Assembly: GCF_006345805.1 (NCBI RefSeq)
Contig: NC_043007.1
Coordinates: 38,068,001-38,132,000, forward strand
From: Octopus sinensis
Taxonomy: Eukaryota
Length of the DNA stretch: 64,000 nt
Direction of reading: 5' to 3'
Under the pieces are notes generated by a model. The model saw only the letters and a list, made by a program, of their open reading frames with translations. It did not search any database and was not told the DNA's origin. The position numbers and the translations under genes are program-made. This document shows, one piece after another, positions 37,443-51,500 of this stretch; position 1 is the stretch's first letter; each line of letters starts with the position of its first letter.

Positions 37443-38830
37443 GGTACTACTTAAGTGTTTGGGTACCATGGAAAAAAGTTTGAAAATAAAATTTTTTAGA
37501 TTCATTTATTTTTCGTTTGAGTAATAGTTTTCTATAAAAAGGTTTTTATAAAGATCCCATGTATTACAGTGAGAGAAACAAATTCATAAATAAGGTGTTG
37601 AATATGGTTTCATTTTGGAAAAAAGTTAAGGGCGATGTAGCTGTCGTTTTTAGCACATCTTATGACCATCTGATACCTTCCTTGTTTGTTTGATATTTTC
37701 TTCTCATAAACACATTTGAATAATGGGAAAAGGTTTAAGAAAATAATGCGGCATATCTACCCCCACTCCGACTTTGTTGCCTCGTAACTTCCAACAAAAA
37801 AATCTTTCATTAACGAAAAAAAAAAAGAAAAAAAACAAATTTTATAACAAAAAATATTTCATTAACGAAAATAAAAAAATATATATTGCGCATTTGTCTA
37901 GCAAAAAAATTACATTTACACCCTTGAATTTGTTCGAGTGTGCTAAAATTGCGCTGAATAGCCCATAGGATTGCTCAGTTTAGCTCATTCCTGAAAGGTA
38001 TTCCTTCTCAGATACTTTCTACAACAGCATAGCTCTCTGCAGCTCCTGCAGTGTTAGTGTATATGAAGGTATTCTGCGTTTCCACGGGGATGATGATGCC
38101 TCTATTGCATTTTTACGCGAACACGGCGTCCTGCCGCTTACTCGGGATTATCTCACCTGCAATTCCCCGTGTATTATGGAACAAACACGTTGCGCTGCCA
38201 TCTTCCGCCTTGGAAGGTTTTGCTTTTTGTGAGCCACTTCCTCAGCGCAACTTGGTCGCACAAATCAGTCAAGAAAAACCTTGGATTCTGCCGCAAAAAC
38301 CTCCGTAGATTGGCGGTCTTTCTGTTCGGAGGTCTGCCAGTTTGGGACAGAAAACCATAAAAAGGTGATAGGAGGATCGAGAGTTGAAATTGACGAAACG
38401 GTTCTGGTCCGTCGGTAATACAAACGCGGCAAGATTGTGAAAACGATTTGGCTTTTTGGTGGCCTGGAACGTTCCACTGTCAACTGAATGTGACAAGGGC
38501 GACAGACGGGATGCTGAGACTCTCATTCCACTTATTAGCCATTACATCAAGCAGTGGTCAAATAATCTACAGCGACTGTTGGCGTGTCTACAGTAACCTG
38601 AACAACCTGGGCTATAAACACTATCAGGTTAACCATAGTGAACACTTTGTTGATCCCCTTAACCCATCTATTCATACGCAAAATATTGAACGTTTATGGG
38701 GAAGGCTCAAGAAGTGCATTATTCGACCTGGAATGAGGCCTGGCTACCTGAAGCAATTCGTCACTGATTTGCCCAAGAGCCAAGACGGCTTTGGAAACGT
38801 TCCGAAACTAACCGGTTACATATGATGCAA
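37443..38830 (+). mobile_element. Merlin (IS1595/ISXO2-like) DNA transposon, degenerate transposase at about 38020-38825
   Basis: KVIGGSRVEIDETVLVRR*YKRGKIVKTIWLFGGLER and IIYSDCWRVYSNLNNLGYKHYQVNHSEHFVDPLNPSIHTQNIERLWGRLK. Confidence 0.9.
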
Positions 38831-39073
38831 AACTGATGCAGCCGCAAATTTTTAAGCAGTCAAAAGTCATCTAGAAAAAAAAAGCGTTTTATCTCTCAAA
38901 AGATAAAGAGCAGTGACAATGAACTATTCAGACTTAAACTTCTCTTTTCCCTCACGACAACAGAACTTTGTACCCACTCTGATTAACTAACATTTCCTAT
39001 TTAATTTTTCCGTTTGTTATAACCAATATTTTAGGTCATGTAATCAGTTTTGTAGGTGTTTCTGTCATCAATA

Positions 39074-39850
39074 ATGGACAGCGCTTCTCTTAGGATCCCA
39101 AACAGAAACGGGTTCAACAAAATATCGCCAGTTGAGATTGGTGCACGGTTCAGTGTTAAAAGAATGTAATAATAGAACGGTTGAGATATTACGGGTTTTT
39201 ACCAATGCTGACACATTATGAACAATGTGGTAGTGATCTTACTGAAGGACAAAACTCAAAAGGTATAGATAAAATTTGCTACAGGTGCACAGTTAGGGAG
39301 TGCAGGTCCGCTTTGGGCTGCGTTCCCAAGCAATCTGACTCTCGGGCCGATGAAAACCGCCAGGTCCGAATGGGCCTGGCACCTGATCGAGTGGACTCCG
39401 AACCTAGCCAGGTGAAACGATCGACCGTGTACGAACCTTGCGCCACAGCTCTCGACGACCGGCGCGCCCGACGAGATTCGGCGTTGGGCCTCTGAAAAGT
39501 AGCATTTAGAACTCTGAAAGTTCTTGGTTTAACCTATTTGTTGGATTCATACATTGGATCGTATCGGAAGTTGTCCAAAAAATTTCATGCATGAGCTCGT
39601 AATTAAGAGCAACAGTACGATGGTTGACTGCAATTAATGCTACGGCGGTGTAGCCGTTTCACGAAACCCTAAAATAATAGGAGGATCAAGAACTGTTGAA
39701 ATTGAAGAATCTTTGTTAGTGCACTACAAACATTCTGTTTGATAAAGAGAAGTGGATCTTTGGAGATTATAAATCTAAAACAAAAGGTTTCCTGATCCCT
39801 GTTGTAAATAGAAATACTGAGTCACTCTTATCGAGGACCATCTTGCCGAA
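39074..39850 (+). mobile_element. Second, more decayed Merlin transposase remnant
   Basis: QCGSDL...KICYRCTVREC-R-K zinc ribbon, KIIGGSRTVEIEESLLV, WIFG...FLIPVVNRNTESL. Confidence 0.75.
39306..39494 (-). pseudogene. 28S rRNA D1-region fragment
   Basis: ccgctttgggctgcgttcccaagcaatctgactc and gagattcggcgttgggcctct match the reverse complement of conserved LSU segments flanking D1 (GAGTCGGGTTGTTTGGGAATGCAGCCCAAAG; AAGAGCCCAGCGCCGAATC); GC-rich island. Confidence 0.8.
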
Positions 39851-40559
39851 TTTATGGGAATCCAGAAGCTTGGTGAAGACGTCTTTTTCAATTTTTGGAA
39901 CTAAGTTGCCACTTCTATTTATTCTTTGTTAATACATAACTTTTAACAAATTTCATTTGTCGTCTACAACGGAAAATGTATTTTGTTAAGACATATTTCA
40001 CTGCATTTTCATATTTCTAATAAATTTTACAAAGCTTTCAGTTATTACTAGGTTCGCCTCTTTATCTTATCAATTTTATCACCAGTGATTTGTTCTTGTG
40101 GTCATACACTATATCACTAAAAGGGAGGTCACTCTTCCTAAACAAGAGAATTACATTTCTTTTTAATTTTCCAAAAAATACAAATTGGATCACCTTGTAT
40201 TTTAAACGTATTTCAACCACGGCTATCTCGTATACTCCTTTAAAAACAAAATTCTAAACATGACTATTTCGTCTTATTCCAAAATCTCTCCAAGCTGCAC
40301 CTTACTGTTTTTATTTGAAAGAATACATTAAATAGCTCAGTCCATTATACGCAACCTGAAAAATTTATGAACTTTATTGCTCCAAACAAACTACAAAAGT
40401 CTTATATTGATTGCAAATTTTAGCACAGGGCGGGGATAAATCGATCAAATTGACACCAGAGCTCAACTGGTACACAAGTGTACTCCCCCACCCCACGATT
40501 TTGTTTCCTCGTAACTTCCAGAAAAACGTATTTTTTAATGAAATTTTCTACAAATACGC

Positions 40560-41035
40560 ATCAGGTGCGGATTATAATTATATCGGAATTGAATATGAAA
40601 AACTTTTTCTGAGGGGAGTTTTAGAAGATAAAACGCATTCCCTTCAAAATGGGAGGTAATAATTCGGCTATTCGTCCATGATAAACTGATTTGATGATCG
40701 ATGTTACTATCATCACGGAGCTTTCTACTAACATATAAGCTCATCCTTTCATCTGATGGAACGCTGCGGTAGAGTCGTGCGACTTCTTTGGGAATGTATT
40801 CTAGGTTATCAGACAAAGAGTGTTGCTCAAGGAGCTGCCTTCCAAGTCTTATGATGTTATCAACTTCATGTATGCAAACTTGGTCAAGGGGTGCACTTCG
40901 ACGCTTAGTGATTAAAAGATGTTGTCGAATGGATATGATGCGACATTCAAAGGCATTTTGGATCGATGTTAAGCCTCTGCCGCCTTGTTTACGTTTTAGG
41001 TAGAGGCGATCTACATCACTGTTTATGTGGAAATT
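40560..41035 (-). mobile_element. R4/Dong-type (RLE) non-LTR retrotransposon fragment
   Basis: DVDRLYLKRKQGGRGLTSIQNAFECRII motif of the post-RT region. Confidence 0.8.
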
Positions 41036-42254
41036 ATGTGTGCTTGTTAGTATTTTGGCTCGGATCTCACGTATGTATGTATGTACATAAACAACCTTGC
41101 CCGGATTTGTGCCTGGGAGGATGACTTTCTAGGTGCAATCCCACGGTCAGTCATGACCGAAGCGGGTCTCAGTGTATGTACACATATATATATATACACA
41201 CATACACATGCTCAAACACACATCATTTAACGTCCACTTGCCATGCTGGCAAGGGTTGGACGACCAGACAGGAGTTTGCGAGCCAGAGAACTGCACCAAG
41301 CCCCGATGTCTGTTTTGGCCTGATTTCTCGTCTAGATGCGCTTCCGAACGCTATTTGTCAGAGAGTAATGGGTGCTGACTTTTGCGTGACACTGGCACCA
41401 GTGAAGTCGTCGTGTGCCTCCCAAGACAATAAAACTCACCTGAGGCGTGGTTTTGAAGCAAGTGGTTTTATACCAAGGGATGGAAGGTTACAGTACACAC
41501 ACACATACATACAAGTTAGTATACACAGACACGTCATCATCATTATCGTTTAAAGTTTGTCCTCCATAGGCTTGATGGTTACAAAAAACCGACGTTCCAG
41601 AGGACTGGATACAGCTCCAATATTTGCTTCGGTATAGTTACTATGACTGGATGCCCTTCCTAACACCAACTACTTTACAGAGTATACTGGGTCCTTTTTT
41701 ACGTGACACCAGTGCTAGAGAAATTGACAAGTAACTTTCAGAACAAAACACTTTCAACTAAGCGTGGATGCACTATTGAAGGAAGCGGCTTTGTACCGAG
41801 TATTGAGAAGCCTCAGCGTAATAGACGGAGATACATGAATGTTCCTGCTGCAAAGGAATAAAGGATGGCAGAGATTAAACGAATACCCTCAAGGTATATG
41901 CATTGAATGTGTTTGAATTTGAAGTACATAAAATATTTTCTTTGCATATGTAATTAAATATTCACCCTTAATAAACTGAAATTTCACGTTTTTTTTTCAG
42001 GAAGTACATTTGTTACTGCAATTGTATCAGAATATTTCGAAAGGGGATGCAGTACAGTCTCACTCCAGAATATCTATGATCAAGGGTCTTCCAGCCACGT
42101 CCATCCAGTCTTAGAACTAATGTTTCTAGGTTTAGCAATTATCTTTTATTCAAAATATGAACAGGAATATATTTAACAAAAGAAAAACTAGGGAAAAAAG
42201 GGAGAAAGAAAAAAATTAAAGCAGCACCAAGGGCTTCTATTGGTCACACACCAC

Positions 42255-42430
42255 AAGGTTTAATGGAACCTACTGAAATAAGCATTACCACGGACGATGG
42301 CGAAGCTAAGGCGTTGGAAAAGTCAAGCATCCCAACAGACATCTTCTTCGTTTTGTTTCATGATGATCTAACGATTCGTTTAGAGGCTAACTCCTTGACA
42401 AGTTTTCGTGAAGAAAACGCTACAGATTAG
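42255..42430 (-). mobile_element. CRE/Hero-like RLE LINE C-terminal remnant
   Basis: LFQRLSFAIVRGNA resembles the FQRLS.A..RGNA terminal motif. Confidence 0.5.
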
Positions 42431-43384
42431 CCAAGATTGGTAGTAATGATAGCAGTGGTATAATTATCTTTCAGGTTAATAACAGAAGAAACTGCAGTCG
42501 CATGAAATCTTGTGGTTCATGAAGGGATTTTTTTTATCTATATCTCCAGAAGTAGTCGTTAAAAATTTTTCAAATCAGACACTATTGACCAATGTAGTTT
42601 TAAATTTACAAAAACAGGACGAGTTTGTTATGACTGAAATGCTTTTGATTGTACGTCTATTCGACTAGGATTGACATCGAACAAAATCACGAAAGTAATC
42701 GTCTATCGGTGGCATTGGCAAGGGAGATAATTCTGAACACCTTGGTCTAATTTAAAATTTGTTTCTTTCAATAAAATTGTGTTCACAGCATTTATTTTAC
42801 AGTGTGATTTTTAAAAATGTTCAAGGCTCGTTGTGAGTTCTTATAATATAATTATTTTCGATGCCATATATTCAAGAGGTGGTGGTGGTGGGGACTTACA
42901 TATATGATGATGGTGATGTTCTTTGTAAGATATTTTTAAAACTTTAGATATTTTTAAAACTCCCTTGCTTATTTTTCAACAAAACGAAGACGTTATATTC
43001 CCCTTTCCTTAGCAATTCAGATTTTTATGGTACTTATTTTAGGACTTACACACCAAGAAGGCTGACAACTGTTGGGAATGATACAGTACTGGACCAAAAA
43101 CTACAGTAATTAGTTACATTAATTTTCATATGTTGCCAATTTCAACTCTGCCAACCCTAAGGGGTTGTTGAACTACCATTCAATTATTTTGATATATTAG
43201 AACAATTACATTAATGGATGTCACCAAGAAGTGAGATTGTGCCTGTGTAATGATTTTAATGTTCTTTCAAGGACATGAACAGCAACTTTTTAACTAGGAT
43301 CATATAAAGATGAAACCAAATAGCATCTGATATTCAGTCTCTTATTTTACCATTTCTGTTAATTCTCATGACCTCGTCTTAATA

Positions 43385-43864
43385 TTAATGGATTTTTTTT
43401 TTAATTGGGACAGCTAGACTTCTACCAAAGAAGTTTTTAATTTCGTGAACGCCCGTCTCACAAAATATCAGATGGTGACTAGTACTGGTACAACATTTAG
43501 TCAAATGGGTGTGGTACAATGGCATTTTCTTGATACAAATGGTGCTTGAGTTAAGAATAGTAAATGATTCAGCTTTAACTTGAGCAGCATTGGTGTGGGA
43601 TAAATGTGGAAGCAATGAGGCATCATAAGTGTTGATGTTATGAGGATAACTTCAGAGAAGGGAGAGTTCAGATACATGCTTTCTAAGCAGGAGGATAGAG
43701 GTAGCAGATCTATTTGGGGGAATGAGGGAATGAAACTTTGAGCCAGAGAAGCTGGAAGCCATTGTTGCTGAAACCCAGGAGAGAGAGCTGAAATACAAGC
43801 CTAGTGGAGTCTGCATATGCACAGACACCACCTTCTGGAGAAAAATATGAGTAAACCTTTTCAT
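43385..43864 (-). mobile_element. Possible highly decayed CR1-like LINE fragment
   Basis: Weak resemblance to the pre-RT region (KA.GPD...LK.CA...P.PKK); no catalytic motif seen. Confidence 0.3.
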
Positions 43865-45692
43865 AAAAATAGTAAATTTGGTATCAGGGTAATTGATATT
43901 ATAAGCCAGAAATTTTAATCAGTTAAATTACACCTTTAATGATTAGAACATTCATTTTTCTAAATGACTAATTCTGACAAAAAATAAAAAATAGAAGTAG
44001 AGACAACCCCAAAATCTTAATTAGATACAAAGTACTATGCAGAGTTTATCTGATCTTTGGCAAAACGGTGTTATGAACATGTTTCAGGTTTATTGCATCT
44101 CCTCAGCATAGCATAGTATAACCATATTGCTAGATTTTAGAATTACTAAAGCAGTAGATAAGGTTTTGTGAATTAGCATAGATTGTTATATTAAAAAGAC
44201 ATTGACTATTTCTAGTGTATAGAATATCCGATTTAACTTAAGTAGGGTTAAACATAGTGATTAGGAAAAATATTCAGAGTTCAATAACATTATTGCCTGG
44301 TCAAGCAGTTGTAAGATCGGGAAAAAGTTTGATTGAAACGTCCTCCATTACATATTTTATTGTTTAGAAAAACCTAAAATGCAAGGTTGTATCTCAGAAT
44401 GTAAACAAGATTTAATATTGCAATGCATTAGCACTCTACTCCTTCTACCACTTACTTTGTAGGGAAAGCAGTTTTAGTCAGTTTAATCAACTCAAGTATA
44501 TTACTGATACTTCTTTTGTTAATTTCAGGATTTTCTTGTCCTCGTAATAACAATTCCAAAATAGGCATGAGGCTGACATTTGAAGGCAGAGGTTTATCAA
44601 TAACTATTTCTTTACTACCCACAAGGGGCTAAACACAGAGAGGACAAACAAGGACAGACAAGCGGATTAAGACATTTATATCGACCCCAGTGCGTAACTG
44701 GTACTTATTTCATCGACCCCAAAAAGATGGAATGCAAAGTCGACCTCGGCAGAATATGAACTCAGAATGTAACAGCAGACGAAATACCACTAAGCATTTC
44801 GCCCGGAGTGCTAAAGTTTCAGCCAGCTCACCACCTTATCATAAGGTTTATCAATAACATTGCCCCAGTACTTGACTGATACTTTATTTTAAGGAACCCA
44901 GAGATGTAAGGCAAAGTTGGCCTCAGAAGGGTTTGAACTCAGAATGTAAAGAACCAGAATAAGTATTGCAAGGCATTTTTTTCAAAAGCACAAACAGCTA
45001 CCAATCCTCCAATCCTTCTAACAACGGTTTCTAATTTAAGCACAAGGTCAATAGTTTTAGAAAGGAGAAGGTTAGTCAATACCATCCCACTCTCACTATT
45101 AGACTGGCACTTTATTTTATACAACTTTGTGGGGATGAAAGGAAATGTTGGCCTTGGCAAGACTTGAACTCAAATTTTACTTTGGTGGCTAAAATTATGT
45201 GTAAACGTTGGTCTTTCCTGACTAATTCTAGCTATGTCATTTGCAATTTCATTTATTCATGATTCACTGTATCTGCATTTGACATGATGTCATACGGAAG
45301 CATTTGCATATTTCCAGTAATTCCCTATGTCAGTAAAAATATGTTTTATCCTCAAAAACTGAGATTTCATAATTGACTTAATTATATAATGTGGATGATT
45401 GGAAATATTGTTCAATTCAGTAAACAGTGTCATTCTCTATTTATTACAAATCATATCACACTCTTCTTCTTCTTCTTAATAATAATAATTCTTTCTAAAA
45501 TAGACACAAGGCCTGGAACTCTGCAGGAGTGGGTCAGTCCTTCACATCAACCCCAGTACTTAATTGGTACTTGTTTTATCGACCCTGAAAGGATGAAAGG
45601 CAAAGTTGACCTTGGCAGAATTTGAACTCAGAACATAGAGATGGATGAAATGCTGCTTAAGCATTTTGCCGGGTGTGCTAATGATTCTACCT

Positions 45693-46125
45693 CTGCTCAA
45701 TACCATAGATTTGCTTGTCAATTGTTTCACAACCAGTTGAGCATGTCCCTTGGTGACTGACAATATGTGCACCTCTGATCACAAGCAGAAGTAGTTGGGG
45801 AGCATCATAGCCACATGTTGAGAGGAATTCTTTGGAATTTGAATAATTCACCTCTGGAAGCATGGGTGTTTCATTCAATATCCTTGCACAACCTTTATTC
45901 AGGGACCTTTTGAGTGGGGTGGGCTACTCGACCTGAAGAAAATTCTAACTGGACCCCACCTGCAAGGTCATGCATTGTTTATCTTGATATGCGATCACCA
46001 TGTCACGCACATATGGTTGTGATGATGCCTGGTGTACCCTTATCAGACAGGTAGTCATGATGGGTATACTGGGCTTTGTATATTTTACCCCAGTGTCACT
46101 TTGATTGCATGCACAGCTCTCTCAC
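45693..46125 (+). mobile_element. Truncated second copy of the 11795-12690 repeat
   Basis: Colinear over about 430 bp. Confidence 0.8.
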
Positions 46126-46813
46126 TCAACAATAATAAAAACTCAATGTTTTTTCATTTTTCCCTTTATTTGGTTTCCAGCGAAATAAGAAAAGTCGTTC
46201 ATACAAAGTCTGTAGGATATTTTTTTTTTCTTTTCACTTAGTGAAAAAACAAAAATAAAAATTGAATTAATAAAAATATTTTAATAATAATAATAATAAT
46301 AAAGGGGAAAAACAATTAAACAGAAACTACATATAAATTGTTCTTTTAAAAATATTTAGAACATTGGAATCTTTTTTTTTCTTTTTTTGAAAAAAATATG
46401 TATAATTACAAAGAATAAAGGAGATTTAAAACAAGGTTTGAGGTCCATAGACTGACAGAGAGAACAAAAAAAATGTTAAAAAAAAAACAGGTAATATTTT
46501 TAGGTTCATGAAAGTTGGTGCTTAGCTCCACTTCCATGGCATTGAGTATATAGGAGATTAATCTCCCTCTGGATAAGATGTCAATCTACTACAGGTGACA
46601 TTCCCAGAAAAATCAGTTACATATCCCCCCAACCCCAGCTAGATGAAACTGAGACAATTTACATTTAAGTGCTTTGCCCAGAGAGAGAGAGAGAGAGAGT
46701 GCCTTCAGTGGATTTTACTCACAACCTATGAGTTGGTAGTTCAACCATACCATAGTCCACTCAGCCATTTCATTGAGATAGAGAAAGTAATGTCTCTTGA
46801 AAATTAAGTTTCC

Positions 46814-46848
<35 letters not shown>

Positions 46849-49265
46849 GAATTGGAAAGATAAAATGGGCAATATTTTGTTTATAAACAAAAAAATAATT
46901 ACTTTAGTCTCCCTGCAATGTTCCACATTTATTAACATAAATTCTTTCCTTTTTCATAACTTTTACAATATTTTTATATTTTTCTTTGTGGAAGAGGGTA
47001 AAAGAAAGTTATAATGTTCATAACTCTCCTGAGGGCATTATCAGACTTAAATGAAGTGAATTGGTTGTAACCGGGATAGAAACTGGGTTGTAGAATTGGT
47101 TAGCAGGAGACTAAGTCTTGCTTGTTGTACTCACCACTGATTACCATTTCACATATATATATATAATTTCAAAAATTAAGAAAATGCATCAAAAACAAAA
47201 TATCATGCCAAAAAATATATATACATATGTAGAAATCACTAGAAAAATTGGTCCTTTTTAATTCATTTCCAAATTAAAACAAAAATAATTTTAAATTTAA
47301 AAAAAAAAAAAAAAATGCACCAAACATACACATGGAGCATCTATTATACTACATACTTGACTATTTTACATGTAAAGTAAACAGTAGGATCCAAGCATAC
47401 TAGTGGTGGTCTACATTTGCAATTAGCAAGTATAAACAGTTTAATCCAATGAAGGGTACTTTTCAAAATGCAGGACTTCTTCTTCAAGCAAAACAACTTA
47501 CTTCACTTTTGAACTGTAAATTAAACATGGTTAAATCATTGCAGTATACTACTGTTATATCATTTATCGGTCCCAGAGCAAATTTTAGTCTGGTGAGGTT
47601 TTAGTTTAGTATATAGTAGCTCAAAATTAAATGCTGTAAAGTATATAGTTTTGTACCATTTCTAAACTCACCTTTCTTAAAAGAGGAAAAATAATTTACA
47701 ACATTTCCCCCCTCGATTTTTATAAAGTTCAAATATTCATAAGAATTATGACAGAGAGTTATATGCAGTAGCATAAGTGGTTATAATTTCAGGGCAGTTT
47801 CATTTCTTATTGCTATCTCTGTTTGGATCTTGGCAATAAAAATAAATAAATAAATAAAACTGGATATTTTCTTGGATTTAAGTAGTTGAGGTCAGTTAAA
47901 CAACGATTGAATGGTATAATATTCAATAACTGAACAACCAGTCTGAATAAACTTTACCAATTCTACACTTTTATTGCAAATATAGAGACATCAAGAAATA
48001 TGTAAATGAGTCCAAGAGCTTTAATAAACTGTTTATTATTTATAGCTGAACTTGCTTCAAGACTTATTTACAAATTCTGGTTTAACTTAATTGATTATAA
48101 TGCTACAGAGGTGATCAGCAGCCTCTGAAATAAAATGATAGAATCTGATAACTAGTAAATTTATCTTTGGTATTGGGGTAACCATTTGAATCTTTGAGAA
48201 AACATTCCAAATATATTAGATGTATTAGCAAAAAAAAAAAAAAAATCACATTTTCTGCTTCACTGCTTGGAAGACATGGAAAGCATGCTATCCTAAATTT
48301 TATAACTGAAAAAAAAAAGTGTTATCCCTATTTTGAAAACAGTAAAAAGTGGATGCAAATTTGAACAAGTTGAGAGATAACACTGAAACTTTTGTTAGTT
48401 TAGATAAAATAACATGCGATGTGAAGATATTGACATTTACAGATCTGATCCACTTTGTTGCTGAACCCAGACCTTACTGTTTAACAACTGTAGAGTTCAC
48501 TGTTTGTACATCATTCCAACAAAAATGTCCATATTGCAGATTTTCACCTTTTGATTTTGGTCCCAAATATAATTGAGATCTAGGCCTTTGACACAAGCTC
48601 CCTCACTTGGAAAAATTCTTTCAGCACTTTGACAGAGAGTTAACACAGTAATTTATAACTGAGTGTGCCGCTACATTAACATACCTCACTTTTGTCTTTG
48701 GTCCCATATCTACACCTGCCAATATCTTGTAATAAATATGTCCCATAATCCTTGACATTGAATAATTCTTCCATCTTCATTTTCACTCACGCTTTGCTCT
48801 GTTAATAATTATATAAGTTCTTAAATTTTTTAAATACCACACTTTTGGTCCCTGATCAGGTACTGGCCTAGATTCTTTTGACTACTTACACTTACTCATC
48901 TTCCAAGATCTCAAATGAATGAAAATTTCTCCACATGAATGTCCACTTCTTTGAGAAAAGGAAACAAAACAACAAAAAAAAAAACACTATTAAACTAAAC
49001 ATGCGTTTAATTCTACAATTTTGACTATATGCAAAATAAGGATTTCTAACATAGGCACAAGGTCACACATTTTAGGGAGGAGCATAGCCGATTTATTGGT
49101 CCCCAGTAATTGACTTCTACTTATTTTATTGACCCTGGGAAGATGAAAGGCAAACTTAACTGCATAGGATTAGAATTCAAAGCATTGAAGGGAAGAAACT
49201 TAAAGCCACAACATAATTTGTTTGTATGGCTCTCTACTGATTCTGCCATACATATAATAATAATA

Positions 49266-49310
<45 letters not shown>

Positions 49311-50120
49311 TGATGATGATGATAATAATGATAATGGTTTCAAATTCTGGTACAAGGCCAGCAATTTCAGGGAATGGGATAAGTTAATTACATTAATTAG
49401 TGCTCAGCTGGTACTTATTTTATCAACACCAAAAGGATAAAAGGTAAATTCAACCTCAGCAGAATTTCAACTCCGAATGTAAAGATGGATGAAATACTGC
49501 TAAGCATTTTGCTCAATGTGCTAACGATTCTGCCAGCTCACCACCTTATATAATAATGATGATAATACTAATTGTTTCAAACTTAGGTTCAAGGTCAATA
49601 ATTTTTGAAAGGAGGAGGTGTTGGTGAATACCAATGTCCTCTTGTACATGGGTATGAGTAATGCTTTACTTTATCAACTCCCAGAAGAATGAAAGGGAAA
49701 AAATTGACCTCAGTGGAATTTCAACTCAGAATACAAAGGAATGTAACCAAATACCACAAGGGATTTTGTCTGACGCTCTCACCATTCAACCAATCCAATA
49801 AGTAAGGGTGAGCATACTTTTGCAAAAGAGAAATGGGCATGATATTTAAATTTGCAGAGGATAAAAAAAAAAAAAGAAGAGACAACATCTACATTTTATA
49901 TTCAAATATCATCATCATCATCATCCTCTTTATCATCACATTACTCAATTTCACATCCATTTTTCTATGCTGGCATGGGTTGTTTGGACCTTAAGAATTT
50001 GATTTTGAACTGCCTCATAAGACTGTGGTTGAAGTTTTTTTTGTCCTTTCTGTTTAATACCATTCACACTGCTAACCATTTTGACAGAGTGACCCTGTTT
50101 TTTTTAAATTTTATTTTTTG

Positions 50121-50153
<33 letters not shown>

Positions 50154-50430
50154 TTATAACATCAGTAGCACCAGAGAGGACATCTTATAGGGCCTGAAGC
50201 CTCTTCACTCCATATTAATTTCAATCACTGACAATGCACCTAACACAATATACTCTATGTCTGAATACAAAGCAACTACCAAATAAAAAGTGACTCTTCC
50301 ACCCCCACCTCCACCCTATCATTTTCCCCTTGAAATTAAAAACCAAACCATTCCACTAGTTTCTGAAAAGCCCCACATGGCTATTGTTGACTGTCACCAC
50401 AAACCAGTATGACCAAACCACAATTTTTGA

Positions 50431-50469
<39 letters not shown>

Positions 50470-50472
<3 letters not shown>

Positions 50473-51500
50473 TTCTACTATAGGCACAAGGCCTGAAATT
50501 TGGGGATGGGTGGGGACTAGTAGATTACATTGATCCCAGTGCTCAAACTGGTACTTATTTTATTGATCCCAAAAGGATGAAAGGCAAAATTGACCTTGGT
50601 GGAATTTGAACTCAGAACGTAATGAGGTCGAAGAAATACCACTAAGCATTTTTGCATGACACGCTAATGATTCTGCTGGTTTGCCACCGTTTAATAAAAA
50701 TAATAAGAAGAAAATAAACAGAAATCATAATGATTCAATCTTTACTGGAGAACAATGTTAATGTAGACAAAAATTTTCCTATCTATTTAGGAATGCAGTG
50801 TACAAGAGGCAATCAAAACAGGATGTATCAAATAAAACCAGCACCTCTTTGATTTAGAAAAAGTTGAAATAAACATGTAATAATAATAATAAAATCCTTT
50901 CTACTATAGGCACACAAGGCCTGAAATTTGGGGGGAGGGGATAGTCTATTACACAACTGGTACTTATTTTATCAACCCTGAAAGGATAAAAGGTAAAGCT
51001 GACCTTGGCAGAACTTGAACTCAGAACATAAAGATGGAAGAGACGCCACTAAGCATTTTGCCTGGTGCAGTAAAGATTCTACCAACTCGCCACCTTAATA
51101 ATAATAATCCTTTCTACTATAGGCACAAGGCCTGAAATTTGAGGGTGGATGGGACAAGTCGGTTACATCGACCCCAGTGTTTTACTGATACTTAATTTAT
51201 CAACTTTGAAAGGATGAGAGGCAAAAGTTGAATTCAGTGGAATTTGAGCTCAGAATGTAAAGATGGACGAAATGCCAATAAGCATTTTTCCTGGTGTGCT
51301 AACGATGCTGCTCGCTTGCCACCTTAATTAGTAATAATAATTGTTTCTAATCAAGCCCAGCAATTTTAAGAGAAGAGGTTATGGATAATTACAACAACCC
51401 CAGAACCTGGCTGATACTTCTACCACCACCATCCCCCGCCCTACCCACCAACAGGATGAAAGGCAAAGTTGACCTTTAGTGGGATTTGAACTCAGAACAT
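50470..51500 (-). mobile_element. Head-to-tail array of 4-5 SINE B copies in (AAT)n
   Basis: tttctactataggcacaaggcctgaaattt...aaggatgaaaggcaaa...gaactcagaac recurs, separated by aataat tracts; similar cluster at 49330-49800. Confidence 0.85.

Noticed and set aside
39181-39495. 104-aa ORF as a novel protein
   Set aside because: Chimera of the Merlin zinc ribbon and antisense 28S rRNA sequence.
41985-42130. Plus-strand exon after ttttttttcag (GSTFVTAIVSEYFERG...)
   Set aside because: No partner exons or recognisable family, and no convincing donor.
48349-48960. Hidden coding exons between GMF and CRLS1 (also 52280-52700 and 53170-53430)
   Set aside because: Non-repetitive but with no consistent reading frame or known motif; possibly 3' UTR or lncRNA, which cannot be decided without RNA-seq.
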